Positions 23,223-33,382 are shown, numbered from the stretch's first letter. The stretch: DNA of 64,000 bases from Alphaproteobacteria bacterium (GCA_963665325.3 CAXXWS020000003.1:256001-320000), one strand, 5' to 3'. Made by a program: numbers and translations. The notes: generated from the sequence alone by a model not told the origin.

Positions 23223-23368
23223 CAAAACATGACATTCCGCAGCCGGAACATGACAAAACATTACATTCCATGACGTGTCGCGACGGGTCCGGCCGGCCCT
23301 CCGGTTCCGGTCCGCGAGCGGTGGTATAACGCCCGGCATGCGATACCGGCCGGGAAAGGAGTAGGCGC

Positions 23369-24157
23369 ATGCGCCCGACAGAACGCGAACAGGCGGATTT
23401 CGACCGCGACGGCGCAGTGCTGATGAAGGGGGTCGTGCCGGCCGAATGGCTGGGCGTGCTGGCGGAGGCTGTCGAGCGCGACATCGCGGAGCCGGGGCCC
23501 TATTTCAACGGATACCGGCCGGAAGCCGGGCGCTTCCACGGCAATCTGCGCATCTGGGAAACGCATGAGGGCTTCCGCGCCTTCTGCTGCGAGGGCCCGC
23601 TCCGCGAAGTGGCGGCGCGGTTCCTGGGAGCAAACCGTCTCAACCTCTTCTACGACCAGCTGTTCGTGAAGGAGCCGGGCACGCCGCAGCCGACGCGCTG
23701 GCACAACGACCAGCCCTACTGGCCCGTACGCGGCTGGCCGGTCATGTCGTTCTGGCTGCCGCTCGATCCCGTCACGCGCGAGAGCGGCGCGCTTTCCTTC
23801 GTCGCCGGCTCGCACCGCTGGGAGCGCTGGTTCCAGCCGGAGCCGTTCGCGAAGGGCGGCGCGGACTATGAGCGCGGCGAGAACTACGAGCCGATGCCGG
23901 ATATCGACGCCGGCGGCTACGACATCCTCTCCTGGGACATGGAGACCGGCGACGCGCTCGCCTTCCATGCCATGACGGTTCACGGCGCGGGCGGCAACCT
24001 GACTTCCGATACCCGCCGGCGCGGCTATGCGGTGCGCTATTGCGGCGAGGGCTGCACCTATTTCGCCGGCCCCGGTCCGAACAACGACCTGCGCAACCCG
24101 GCGCTCGCCGATGGCGCCCCGCTCGACAGCGCGCAGTTCCCCGCGGTCTGGCCGTGA
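23369..24157 (+). CDS. Phytanoyl-CoA dioxygenase family (PhyH)
   Basis: DQLFVKEPG, WHNDQPYW, FWLPLD, GSHRW, HGAGGN...RRR. Confidence 0.9.
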   Translation: MRPTEREQADFDRDGAVLMKGVVPAEWLGVLAEAVERDIAEPGPYFNGYRPEAGRFHGNLRIWETHEGFRAFCCEGPLREVAARFLGANRLNLFYDQLFVKEPGTPQPTRWHNDQPYWPVRGWPVMSFWLPLDPVTRESGALSFVAGSHRWERWFQPEPFAKGGADYERGENYEPMPDIDAGGYDILSWDMETGDALAFHAMTVHGAGGNLTSDTRRRGYAVRYCGEGCTYFAGPGPNNDLRNPALADGAPLDSAQFPAVWP

Positions 24158-24267
24158 AGCCGGCCTCGTTCGCGCACCCGATTAGCAGTTGACCCTGCTG
24201 CGTTTTCTTGGCTAGCCTTACGGCAGGGCACGGATTAGCCGCGGCCCGGTCGGAGGAGGAGTATGCA

Positions 24268-26652
24268 ATGCCCGACGGTATGTCTGGACAGGAGAGGTTT
24301 GAGAACGGGAGCAGCGTGCTCAAGAATGTCGTCTGCACAAGCTGCGACGGGTTCTGCCCGGTCGCGGCCAAGGTAGAGGACGGGCGCGTGGTCAAGGTCA
24401 CGACGCGCGATCACCCGATCCTGAAGGACGTGCTCTGCATGAAGGGCGCCTATGCGCCGAAGCATTTTGCGCATCCCGACCGCATCCTCTATCCGCTGAA
24501 ACGCGTGGGCGCGCGCGGCGACGGCCAGTGGCAGCAGGTGACCTGGGACGAGGCGATGGACGACATCGCCGAGCGCCTCCAGGCGGTGATCGACCGCTAC
24601 GGGCCGGAAGCCTTCGCGGTCGGCCAGAGCGGCGCGACCGGCCTTTCCGACCACGGCCTCAGCCGGCGTTTCATGAATCATCTCGGCTCGCCCAACTGGA
24701 TCAGCGGCGTGGCCTATTGCGCCGGCAACACGGCGGCGGTGAACCGCTATGTCTATGGCTGGTTCCCGCGCGGCGACATCCTGAATTCCAAGTGCATCGT
24801 GCTGCTCGGCCACGACCCGCGCCGGCACAGCTGGACGATGGAATACAAGGCAATCCGCATGGCGCAGGCCGCGGGCGCCAAGCTCATCGTGGCCGATCCG
24901 CGCCGCAGCGGGAACGCCGAGCGCGCCGACATCTGGCTGCCGCTCCGCGCCGGCACCGACGCGGCCCTGCTGCTTGGCTGGCTCCGGGTCATCGTCGATG
25001 AGGAGCTCTACGACAAGGAGTTCGTACGCGACTGGACGGTCGGCTTCGACAAGCTGGTCGAGCGCCTCCGGGAATACCCCGTCGAGCGCGTCGCGGAGAT
25101 CACCGGCCTCACAGAAGAGCAGATCCGCGACTCGGCCCGGATGTATGCGACGACGAGTCCCGCCTGCATCCCCTGGTCGCCGATCACCGACCAGCAGGTG
25201 TCCAGCACCTCGGCGATCCGGCTGCAGGCCATGCTGCGGGCGCTCACCGGCAATGTCGATGTCAAGGGCGGCGATGTGTTCATCGGCCCGAGCCCGGTCA
25301 TGCGCTCCGACTCCGAGATCGAGATGGTGCACCTGCTGTCCGAGGAGCAGAAGGCCAAGCAGCTCGGCGCGGACCGGCACCCGGTCTTCACCTTCCGCGG
25401 CATGAAGGCCTTCGAGGACGCCACCGAGCGCGTCTGGGGCCAGCGCTACGTCAATCTCGTCAACGGCTGCTACATGGCCAACCCCATGGCGGTGTTCAAG
25501 GCCATGGAGGACAGCGACCCCTACCCGGTCAGGGCCTTCTTCATGATGGCCAACAACGCGCTGATGGCCTACGCCAACGCCGACCGGGTGTACCGGGCGA
25601 TGATGAAGCAGGACCTGCTCGTCTCCTTCGAGCACAACATGACGCCGAGCGCGCAGATCTCGGACTACATACTGCCGGGCGATTCCTGGCTGGAGCGGCC
25701 CTCCATGCAGGCCGGCATCAGCGAACAGTCGATGGAGCCGCCGGGCGAGTGCCGCAATGTCACCTATTTCTGGCACATGCTCGCCAAGCGCATGGGGCTC
25801 GGCGACGCCTTCCCCTGGACGAACCAGGAGGACTTCATCAACTACCGGCTGGAGCCAGGCGGGGCGACCTGGAACGACGTCGTCGCGAGCGGGCGGCCGC
25901 CCAACCTGCATAAAGGCCAGGCGCCCGATCCCGAGGAGAAGCAGTATCTCAGGAACGGCTTCGCCACGCCGTCCGGCAAGGTGGAGTTCTATTCCGAGGT
26001 GCTCGAAAATCTCGGCTTCGATCCGCTGCCCTATTACCGCGAGGCGGCGGAACCCTCAGAGCGCTTCCCGATGGCGTTGTTCATAGGCTGGCCCGAGGAC
26101 GAGTATTTCCGCTCCGGCCACCGCCATATCCCGGAGCTTCGCCGGCGCGCGGCGGATCCGATGTTCATGATCGCACCTGCGGACATGGAGCGGCTCGGCT
26201 TCGAGGAAGGCGCCTGGGCCCGGCTCGAGACCTCGACCGGGGCCATGGTGGCCCGCGTCTATGGGCGCTCCTCCATGCCGAAGGGCCTGGTGCGGGTGCC
26301 GCATGGCTGGTGGAAGCCGGAATCGCGGCCGGGGCTGGAGAACATGTCCGGCATGTGGGCCTTCAATGACGGGCAGGTGACGCCCGACGACGAGGAGGCG
26401 CTGATCGACCGCGAACAGGGCATCCCGCACATGAAGGGCATGCCGTGCTCGCTGGTCGCGCTGACGGCGGACGAGGTGGCGGCGCTCGAGGCCGAATTCG
26501 GCCCGACCAACGAACTGCCGCGCGGCCCGGAAGGCAAGGTGCTGCAGTCCACCTCCAAGCCCGACGATTTCATGTTCGACGACATCACCGGCGACGGCGT
26601 GGAGTTCGAGGCGATATCCCTCTCCATCTACGGCCGCACCTCGGCGATGTAA
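24268..26652 (+). CDS. Mo/W-bisPGD oxidoreductase, acetylene hydratase-like
   Basis: GGAGGAGG RBS; CTSCDGFC...CMK [4Fe-4S] motif, RRFMNHLGSPNWISGVAYCAGNTA, TPSGKVEF; no Tat signal. Confidence 0.85.
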   Translation: MPDGMSGQERFENGSSVLKNVVCTSCDGFCPVAAKVEDGRVVKVTTRDHPILKDVLCMKGAYAPKHFAHPDRILYPLKRVGARGDGQWQQVTWDEAMDDIAERLQAVIDRYGPEAFAVGQSGATGLSDHGLSRRFMNHLGSPNWISGVAYCAGNTAAVNRYVYGWFPRGDILNSKCIVLLGHDPRRHSWTMEYKAIRMAQAAGAKLIVADPRRSGNAERADIWLPLRAGTDAALLLGWLRVIVDEELYDKEFVRDWTVGFDKLVERLREYPVERVAEITGLTEEQIRDSARMYATTSPACIPWSPITDQQVSSTSAIRLQAMLRALTGNVDVKGGDVFIGPSPVMRSDSEIEMVHLLSEEQKAKQLGADRHPVFTFRGMKAFEDATERVWGQRYVNLVNGCYMANPMAVFKAMEDSDPYPVRAFFMMANNALMAYANADRVYRAMMKQDLLVSFEHNMTPSAQISDYILPGDSWLERPSMQAGISEQSMEPPGECRNVTYFWHMLAKRMGLGDAFPWTNQEDFINYRLEPGGATWNDVVASGRPPNLHKGQAPDPEEKQYLRNGFATPSGKVEFYSEVLENLGFDPLPYYREAAEPSERFPMALFIGWPEDEYFRSGHRHIPELRRRAADPMFMIAPADMERLGFEEGAWARLETSTGAMVARVYGRSSMPKGLVRVPHGWWKPESRPGLENMSGMWAFNDGQVTPDDEEALIDREQGIPHMKGMPCSLVALTADEVAALEAEFGPTNELPRGPEGKVLQSTSKPDDFMFDDITGDGVEFEAISLSIYGRTSAM

Positions 26653-26660
26653 CGCAAGGC

Positions 26661-26704
26661 ACCGCCCCCTTCCCCGGCTCCGGCCGGCGGGAAGGGGCGG
26701 CGGT
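26661..26704 (+). terminator. GC-rich stem-loop after the molybdoenzyme gene
   Basis: CCGCCCCCTTCCCCGGC-TCCG-GCCGGCGGGAAGGGGCGG imperfect inverted repeat; no clear U-tract. Confidence 0.4.
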
Positions 26705-26739
26705 TCCACCTGCAGCGGAAATGCTGTAGGGGACGGCGC

Positions 26740-27615
26740 ATGTCTCTTCGGGGGGATGCGCCGTTGTCTTATGAGACGCTGACAGCCGGGGTCGAGGACG
26801 GCCTGCTGACGCTGACGCTCAACCGGCCGGACCGGCTGAACGCCGTCAATGCGGCCATGATCGGCGAATATATTGACGCGCTGGACGCGGCCGACCGCGA
26901 CGACGGCGTGCGCGCAGTCATCGTCACCGGCGCAGGCCGCGCCTTCTGCGCCGGCGCGGACCTCTCGGGCGGGCCGGGCACCTTCGACCGCACCGCGCCG
27001 GAGCCGGGCGCGCGCCACCGCGACGGCGGCGGCCTGGTGGCGCTCCGGCTGTTCGACATGAAGAAGCCGGTGATCGCGGCAGTGAACGGCCCGGCAGTCG
27101 GCTTCGGCGCGACCCAGATCCTGCCGATGGACATGCGCCTCGCCTCCACGGAAGCCCGTTTCGGCTTCGTCTTCTCCCGGCGCGGGGTGGTGATGGAAGC
27201 AGCGTCCTCCTGGTTCCTGCCACGCCTGGTGGGCATGCAGCGGGCGATGGAGTGGGTGGCGACGGGCCGCATCTTCTCCGCCGAGGAAGCGCTCGAAGGC
27301 GGGCTGGTGCGCTCGCTGCACGCGCCGGAGGAGCTGTTGCCGGCGGCGCGCGCGCTCGGCCGCGAGATCGCGGACAACGCCTCGCCGATGTCGGTCGCAC
27401 TCTGCCGGCAGATGATGTGGAAGATGCTGGGCGAGGACCACCCGATGGCCGCGCACCGGATCGACTCCCTCGGCATGGCCTACACCGGCGCCTCGGCGGA
27501 TGCGCGCGAGGGCGTCGCCTCCTTCCTGGAGAAGCGCCCGCCCGCCTTCGGCTCCACGCCCGGCAAGGCGATGCCGGCCTTCTACCCCTGGTGGGACGAG
27601 CCCCGCCACGGCTGA
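26740..27615 (+). CDS. Enoyl-CoA hydratase/isomerase (crotonase) family
   Basis: TLNRPDRLNA, GAGRAFCAGADL, KPVIAAVNGPAVG, DAREGVASFLEKRPP. Confidence 0.92.
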   Translation: MSLRGDAPLSYETLTAGVEDGLLTLTLNRPDRLNAVNAAMIGEYIDALDAADRDDGVRAVIVTGAGRAFCAGADLSGGPGTFDRTAPEPGARHRDGGGLVALRLFDMKKPVIAAVNGPAVGFGATQILPMDMRLASTEARFGFVFSRRGVVMEAASSWFLPRLVGMQRAMEWVATGRIFSAEEALEGGLVRSLHAPEELLPAARALGREIADNASPMSVALCRQMMWKMLGEDHPMAAHRIDSLGMAYTGASADAREGVASFLEKRPPAFGSTPGKAMPAFYPWWDEPRHG

Positions 27616-27655
27616 GGTACGGGGCCCGCCCCGAATCCCGCGCCCGGAGAGCATC

Positions 27656-29167
27656 ATGGCCCGCGACCTGCCGAACATCCTGCTGATCCAGGCCGACCAG
27701 CTCAAACCGCAGGTGCTGCCCGGCTATGGCGGCCCGGCGGCGACGCCGCATATCGAGCGGCTGTGCGGGGAAGGCGTGGTGTTCGAGAACGCCTATTGCA
27801 ACTTCCCGCTCTGCGCGCCGTCGCGATTCTCGATGCTGGCCGGAATGCTGCCGTCGCGAGTGCGGGCCTTCGACAACGCCGCGGAATTCGCTGCCGCCAC
27901 GCCCACCATGGCGCACTATCTGCGGCTCGCCGGTTACCGCACGGCGCTCGCCGGCAAGCAGCATTTCGTCGGGCCGGACATGCTGCACGGCTTCCACGAA
28001 CGCCTCCTGCCGGAGCTCTATCCGACCGACTTCCACTGGACGCCGGACTGGGACGAGACCCGCATGGAGTCGAACAACGATTCGAGCGGCGTCATCAAGT
28101 CCGGCATTTGCACGCACAGCATGCAGATGGACCATGACGAGGCGGTGCTCTCCCGGGCGGCGGCGTGGCTGCTGGACGTTTCGGACCGGCAGCCCTTCTT
28201 CCTGGCGGTCTCCTTCACCCATCCCCACGAGCCCTATTTCGCGCGCCGCGAACACTGGGAGCGTTACCGCCACGAGGACATCCCGATGCCGGCGACGTCG
28301 CTGCTGCCCGAGTCCGAGCGCGACCTCCACAGCCGGCGCATGCTCGCCCATCACGGCCTGCTCGAAGGGGACATTACGGACGCGCACGTGCGGACTGCCC
28401 GCCATGCTTACCTCGCCAATTGCTCCTGGCTAGACGACATGGTCGGGACGCTGCTGAAGTCCTTGGAGGCGACCGGCGCCTCGGACAACACGGTCGTCCT
28501 CTTCACCTCGGACCATGGCGACATGCTCGGAGAGCGGGGCCTCTGGTTCAAGAAGCACTTCTTCGACCACGCGGCGCGGGTGCCGCTCATCCTCCACGCG
28601 CCCCGGCGGTTCCCCGCCGCGCGCCGGCCGGAACCCGTCTCGCTGGTGGACCTGCTGCCGACGCTTTGCGGCCTGGCGGAGATCGACCTCGCGGAACGCG
28701 CCCCCCGCCCGCCCGACGGCGCCAGCCTGTTGCCGCTCTGCGAGGGTGCGGCCGAGAGCGGGGAGAGGCCGGTATTCGCGGAGATGACTTCCGAGGGAGT
28801 GCCCTCGCCGATGTTCATGGTCCGCCACGGCCGCTTCAAGCTCATGACCGGGGGCGGCGCGCCCGACCTCCTCTTCGACCTTGAGGCCGACCCCGAAGAA
28901 CGGAACGATCTCGCCGCCGATCCGGACAGCGCGGAGTTGCTCGCCGCGCTTCGCCGCCTCACGGAAGAGACCTGGGACGCGGCGGCGCTGGAGGCGGAGG
29001 TCTGCGCCAGCCAGCGCGAGCGCCGACTGGTCCAGGCCGCGCACGGAAACGGCCCCGCGCCGGTGTGGGATGCGCTCGAAACCGATCCCGTGCGCGCGTC
29101 CTGCCTGCGCGCGCCCGACGACTACAATGACTGGGCGTGGCGCGGAATCGAGCCCTCGGCTCCCTGA
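27656..29167 (+). CDS. betC: Choline-sulfatase-like sulfatase
   Basis: PNILLIQADQL, CAPSR signature, GKQHFVGPD, YPTDFHWTPDW, SDHGDMLGERGLWFK. Confidence 0.8.
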   Translation: MARDLPNILLIQADQLKPQVLPGYGGPAATPHIERLCGEGVVFENAYCNFPLCAPSRFSMLAGMLPSRVRAFDNAAEFAAATPTMAHYLRLAGYRTALAGKQHFVGPDMLHGFHERLLPELYPTDFHWTPDWDETRMESNNDSSGVIKSGICTHSMQMDHDEAVLSRAAAWLLDVSDRQPFFLAVSFTHPHEPYFARREHWERYRHEDIPMPATSLLPESERDLHSRRMLAHHGLLEGDITDAHVRTARHAYLANCSWLDDMVGTLLKSLEATGASDNTVVLFTSDHGDMLGERGLWFKKHFFDHAARVPLILHAPRRFPAARRPEPVSLVDLLPTLCGLAEIDLAERAPRPPDGASLLPLCEGAAESGERPVFAEMTSEGVPSPMFMVRHGRFKLMTGGGAPDLLFDLEADPEERNDLAADPDSAELLAALRRLTEETWDAAALEAEVCASQRERRLVQAAHGNGPAPVWDALETDPVRASCLRAPDDYNDWAWRGIEPSAP

Positions 29168-29179
29168 GCGTTTCGACCC

Positions 29180-30025
29180 TTACGCCTCCGCGAATTCGAG
29201 CGGTATGCCGCAGGCGTCGGCAGGAGCGATGCGAATGCAGCCGGGCGCCTCGGAGGCGGGTGCAATGCCCCCCCGGCGGAGCGCCTCTTTCGCAGCCTCG
29301 ACGGAGGCGACCTCGATCCTGAGCCCCAGATAGAAGGGCCGCGCGGGCAGCGGGTCGGGCAGCGGCCCGTAGGGGCCGGCGCTGTCTGCCGCATCTGCCG
29401 GTGTCGCCAGATAGACATGGCCCCGCCCGATATCGAGCGCGCCGCCTGCCGCCGGGCGGCCGAGCAGCCGCGCCCAAGGCCCGGCTACTGCCTCAACATC
29501 GTCCACGACGGCGGCGGCGGCGGCGAGATTGCGCGCGCCGTTCCCGTGGTTCATCGAGCCTGCCGGGCGCATCAGCTCGGGCGTCTTGTGGCCGCAGAGG
29601 AAAGTGCCGAGGTTCCCCGTCTCCGCCTCCGGGATCTGGAGGTTGCGGAACCGCACGATGGCGTCGGGCCGGTCGGTCAGCGGCCGGGCGAGGTCGTCCG
29701 GCCCGGTCGGTGAGAAGCCCTCAGCCTCGATGTCGGCGCGGGCGGCGTCGGCGTCCGGCGTGCCGAGCGCGATCTTCACCAGCCCCTCGCCGCGCGCCTC
29801 CAGGAATTCGCCGAGCCCGAGCGTGTCGCGGTGTTCGGGCTCGTTGATGCCGAGCAGCTCCAGATAGCTGTCGGCGAACATGATGCAGTGGTTCGCCGTC
29901 GCCTTGCCGACATGGTTGCCGAGCGGGGCTGCGGTGAAGCCGAGGCGCTCGAACTGCGCACGCGCGGCGTCGAGGTCGCGGACGCCGATAATTGCATGGT
30001 CGATCCCCCGGATCGCATCGGTCAT
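29180..30025 (-). CDS. VOC/glyoxalase-like protein
   Basis: Start reassigned to 30025 (AGGAG RBS). GIDHAIIGVRDLDAA, TANHCIMF, YLELLG. Confidence 0.8.
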   Translation of the reverse strand: MTDAIRGIDHAIIGVRDLDAARAQFERLGFTAAPLGNHVGKATANHCIMFADSYLELLGINEPEHRDTLGLGEFLEARGEGLVKIALGTPDADAARADIEAEGFSPTGPDDLARPLTDRPDAIVRFRNLQIPEAETGNLGTFLCGHKTPELMRPAGSMNHGNGARNLAAAAAVVDDVEAVAGPWARLLGRPAAGGALDIGRGHVYLATPADAADSAGPYGPLPDPLPARPFYLGLRIEVASVEAAKEALRRGGIAPASEAPGCIRIAPADACGIPLEFAEA

Positions 30026-30048
30026 TGGGCTGGTCTCCTTGGTTCGGA

Positions 30049-32073
30049 TTAGCGCATGGCGGCGGCGATATTGCCGCCGTCCACGGTGAGCACGGCGCCC
30101 GTGGTCTTGCGCGCACGGGCGAGATCGACGAAGGCGCGGGCGACATCCTCCGCCAGCACCTCGCGGCCGAGCAGGTTGCCGCGCATATAGTCCGCCTCGC
30201 TGACGCCGCGCGCCCAGGCCCTGGACGCTACCATCGCATCGTCCAGCAGGCCGCTGCGGATGCGGTCGGCATTGACGGCGTTGGCGGCGATACCGTCGCG
30301 CCCGTAGTCGATGGCGTATTGGCGCATGAGGGCAAGCGTCGCGGCCTTGGGCAGGCCGTAGGGGCCGAAATCGGGGCCGGGATTCACCGCCTGCTTCGAG
30401 ACATTGAACAGCAGGCTGCCGCCCGTGCCCTGCGCCTGCATGATCCGCACTGCTGCCTGGGCGGCGGTCTGGTGGGCGAAGAAGTTGAGCTCGAAGCTCC
30501 GGCGCAGCACGGCGTCCTCGACCTCGCCGATGCGCCCCTGCCAGGCGGCGCCCGCATTCGAAACGAGGATATCGACGCCGCCGTGGCGTCGGCAGACATC
30601 GGCGAAAGCCGCCTCGACCGCTTCCGGTCGCGTCACGTCGCATTCGAGGACGCCCGGCCCGGCCTCCAGGTCGAGGCCGACCGGCTCGGCGCCCTCGGCG
30701 CGGAAGGCCGCCATGATGGCCTGCCCGATGGCACCGGCCGCGCCGGTGACGACCGCGACCTGGCCCGCGAGCGGCGGGGGCGTAGCCCTGCCGAGCTTCG
30801 CCTGTTCGAGCGGCCAGTATTCGATGTCGAACAGGTCGTCCTCGCCGATGCTCGTAAACCGCCCGATGCGCTCGGCGTTGGCAATGACCTCAATGGCAGC
30901 CTCGGCGATATCGGCGGCGATGGCCGCCGCCTTCGCGTCCCCGCCCGCCGCGAAGAGGCCGACGCCCGGCGCGAGCAGCACGCGCGGGGCGGGGTCCAGC
31001 GCAGTGCGGCTGTAGTCTGCCCGCGCATTGCCGCGCTCGAAATAGGCCCGGTAGTCGGCCTCGAACCGCCCGATCGCCGCTTCGGCCCCGCGCGCGAACT
31101 CGTCTGGCGCGTCCGCCTGCGCCGGCGGCAGCAACACGGGCCAGGACTTCACCCGGAGCGAATGGTCGGGCGTGACGGTGCCGGCGAGCCCGTAACGGGA
31201 GACCTCCACACCGTCCACGAAACGGCGAATATGCGCCCCGCCCCGGAAAGTGAGTACGAAGCGCTTCGTGTCGCCGCCGGGCTTCCCGGCCGAACGCGAG
31301 AGCAGGCCGCGCAGCAGCGGCGCGATCTCCTCCGGTTCGGCGGACCGGGCCGGCAGCGCGGTGCTCGCGAAGACCTTGCCCGGGGCCTTCGCCAGGTGCG
31401 CTTCGGCGCGGTCGGCGAGCCGGATCATGCGCTCATAGGCCTCGCGCGCCGTCTCACCGAAGGTAAAGGCACCGTGGTTCAGCAGGATCATCGCCTCGCA
31501 GTCGGGGGTCTCCTCGAACAGTTCCGCCGCTCTCCGGGCGAGCGCAAAGCCCGGCATGATGTAAGGCACCAGCACGACCTTCTCGCCGAAGACCTCCCGG
31601 CAGAGCGCCGCCCCGTCCGGCTGGTCGGTCAGCGCCAGCACGGCGTTGGCATGGGTGTGGTCGATATAGCGGTGCGGCAGGAAGGCGTGCAGCAGGGTCT
31701 CGACCGAGGGCGTCGGCGCCGAGGGGTCGAGCAGGTTTGCACGGTGCGCGGCCACCATGTCCTCGTCGGAGAGCACGTCCCGCTGCCGGAGCCGCCTCAG
31801 CGGCTCCAGCCGGACCGCCGGCAGGCCCGCCGGCTCGATCCGGCCCATGTCCCAGCCCGAACCCTTGACGCAAAGCACCTCCACCTCGTCGCCGGCGAGG
31901 TCGGTCATGCGCGTCTTCAGCGACGTGTTGCCGCCGCCGTGCAGCACCAGGCGCGGCTCGCCGCCGAGCAGCCGCGTCGTATAGACCCGGACCGCCAGGT
32001 CCGGGCCGATTCCTTCCGCGCCGTATCGGGCGACCGCTGCCTCGGCTTCCCGGTCGGACCAGAGAGTCTTCAT
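30049..32073 (-). CDS. Bifunctional class II aldolase / short-chain dehydrogenase
   Basis: LHGGGNTSLK, KGSGWDM, PSVETLLH, DHTH, TPDH, then VVTGAAGAIG and YGLPK SDR motifs. Confidence 0.9.
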   Translation of the reverse strand: MKTLWSDREAEAAVARYGAEGIGPDLAVRVYTTRLLGGEPRLVLHGGGNTSLKTRMTDLAGDEVEVLCVKGSGWDMGRIEPAGLPAVRLEPLRRLRQRDVLSDEDMVAAHRANLLDPSAPTPSVETLLHAFLPHRYIDHTHANAVLALTDQPDGAALCREVFGEKVVLVPYIMPGFALARRAAELFEETPDCEAMILLNHGAFTFGETAREAYERMIRLADRAEAHLAKAPGKVFASTALPARSAEPEEIAPLLRGLLSRSAGKPGGDTKRFVLTFRGGAHIRRFVDGVEVSRYGLAGTVTPDHSLRVKSWPVLLPPAQADAPDEFARGAEAAIGRFEADYRAYFERGNARADYSRTALDPAPRVLLAPGVGLFAAGGDAKAAAIAADIAEAAIEVIANAERIGRFTSIGEDDLFDIEYWPLEQAKLGRATPPPLAGQVAVVTGAAGAIGQAIMAAFRAEGAEPVGLDLEAGPGVLECDVTRPEAVEAAFADVCRRHGGVDILVSNAGAAWQGRIGEVEDAVLRRSFELNFFAHQTAAQAAVRIMQAQGTGGSLLFNVSKQAVNPGPDFGPYGLPKAATLALMRQYAIDYGRDGIAANAVNADRIRSGLLDDAMVASRAWARGVSEADYMRGNLLGREVLAEDVARAFVDLARARKTTGAVLTVDGGNIAAAMR

Positions 32074-32242
32074 GCGGTCCCGCACCCTTCCGCTTGCCGC
32101 CTGCAGGGGCTTATAGCCGCGAATGCCGTTCCTGGGCGAGCGCAACGCACGGGAAGAGGCGTGCGGGGGTCGTTCGGAGAGGCGGCACTTACCTCACGGC
32201 ATGTATGCGCCTCGGAATTCGAAAACCGTTCCTCCCTCACCT

Positions 32243-33382
32243 TCAGTGTCGGATGAGCTTCCCGATGATCGCATCGAGCATGCGGTGCGTTCCTTTCTCG
32301 TCGGAGTTCGCGCCGGCTAGGTATGCCCGGTCCAGATTCGGGGCGACCCAGATCGTTATGCGCCAGTAAGTGTTGCTGCCGTTATGGGTAAGCACGGTGC
32401 CTCTGCCCCAGCTTCTCTCACGGACGCCCCAGCCGGCCGCATATCTGCCCGAATGGGGCGTTGCGAGGTAGTCCAGCCGGTTCCGATCCAGAATTGCCGG
32501 CGCAGTTCCCCGGAACCAGAGCCTCACGAACTTGGCATAGTCCGCAAGCGACAGGTGCACCGTTCCCGCAGGGCCGAGCGCGGCCGCGTTGTCAATTTGC
32601 TGTGCCTTCCATGCGCCATTGTCCCCGCGGCGGTGCCCCCAGGGTTGATCGGTCCTCATCCATCTGCCGGGCGCCCCGAATCCTGCTGTCGTCATTCCGA
32701 GAGGCGCGAAGACGCGCTGCTTCATCAAGTCTTCCCATGCCTTCCCGGTCAGCCGCTCCGCCATCGCGCCCGCCACCATGTAGGACAGGTTCGAGTACAG
32801 GAAGTCCCCGGAGGCACCCTTCGGAGGCCTCTTCAGGTTCTTCCTCAGGATCCTGTAACGCCTGTCCTTGATCTCCTTGTCCCGGGATGCCCACCAATCT
32901 GCCGCATTGGGGGCAATACCCCCTCGCATCCTGAGCAAGCTGTCCAAACGAACCGACTCGTAGCCGGGATGGATTTTGCCAACCAATTCCGGGAAGACAT
33001 CACCGACGGACGTCTTCCATCCGTTTGGGAAGACGCCCTCGGCCACCAATTGCGCCAGCATGACGGATGTCATGACCTTGGTGTTCGACCCGATGTGTAC
33101 GAGATCGTCCACCGTCATTTCCTCGCTTGATCCCTGCTTGCGCACACCCGCAACGGCAATAGACCGTATCCCGTCCCCGTCAATGATCGCTGCGAACAGT
33201 CCCGGCGATCTGCCCTCGCTCACGGGACCCATCAGATACCCGGCGATCGATTGGTCAGCGCCGGCCGTTGCGGCTGGACTTTCCTGGGTGCTCTGAGCGA
33301 TTGCCGGAGGCATGCCGCCGAGTATTACCAGAATGACCGCTAGCCCCACTGCTATCGAGGGTCTCACTTCCTGTCTCCCCAT
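32243..33382 (-). CDS. Serine hydrolase (beta-lactamase class C-like), probably exported
   Basis: SNTK (SxxK), YSN, GPAG, HNGSN; hydrophobic N-terminal signal. Start uncertain (33382-33421). Confidence 0.85.
   Translation of the reverse strand: MGRQEVRPSIAVGLAVILVILGGMPPAIAQSTQESPAATAGADQSIAGYLMGPVSEGRSPGLFAAIIDGDGIRSIAVAGVRKQGSSEEMTVDDLVHIGSNTKVMTSVMLAQLVAEGVFPNGWKTSVGDVFPELVGKIHPGYESVRLDSLLRMRGGIAPNAADWWASRDKEIKDRRYRILRKNLKRPPKGASGDFLYSNLSYMVAGAMAERLTGKAWEDLMKQRVFAPLGMTTAGFGAPGRWMRTDQPWGHRRGDNGAWKAQQIDNAAALGPAGTVHLSLADYAKFVRLWFRGTAPAILDRNRLDYLATPHSGRYAAGWGVRERSWGRGTVLTHNGSNTYWRITIWVAPNLDRAYLAGANSDEKGTHRMLDAIIGKLIRH

Larger units (their letters stand above)
22725..23275 (+). repeat. Dispersed element copy A (promoter, structured leader, short ORF, phased CATGAC repeats)
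   Basis: Shares a 29-nt core (22896-22924), a TCCGG-loop hairpin (22791-22813) and CATGACAAAACATGACATT repeats with copies at about 33490-34445 and 61045-63975. Confidence 0.85.

Noticed and set aside
23214-23275. 25-bp direct repeats as a CRISPR array
   Set aside because: Only two units with a 6-nt spacer and no cas genes; better explained as phased binding sites
22874-23275. GTGCGCCC as the 5' end of a group II intron
   Set aside because: No domain V (AGC/CGC triad hairpin) or RT ORF recognised, and conservation extends upstream of the GTGCG
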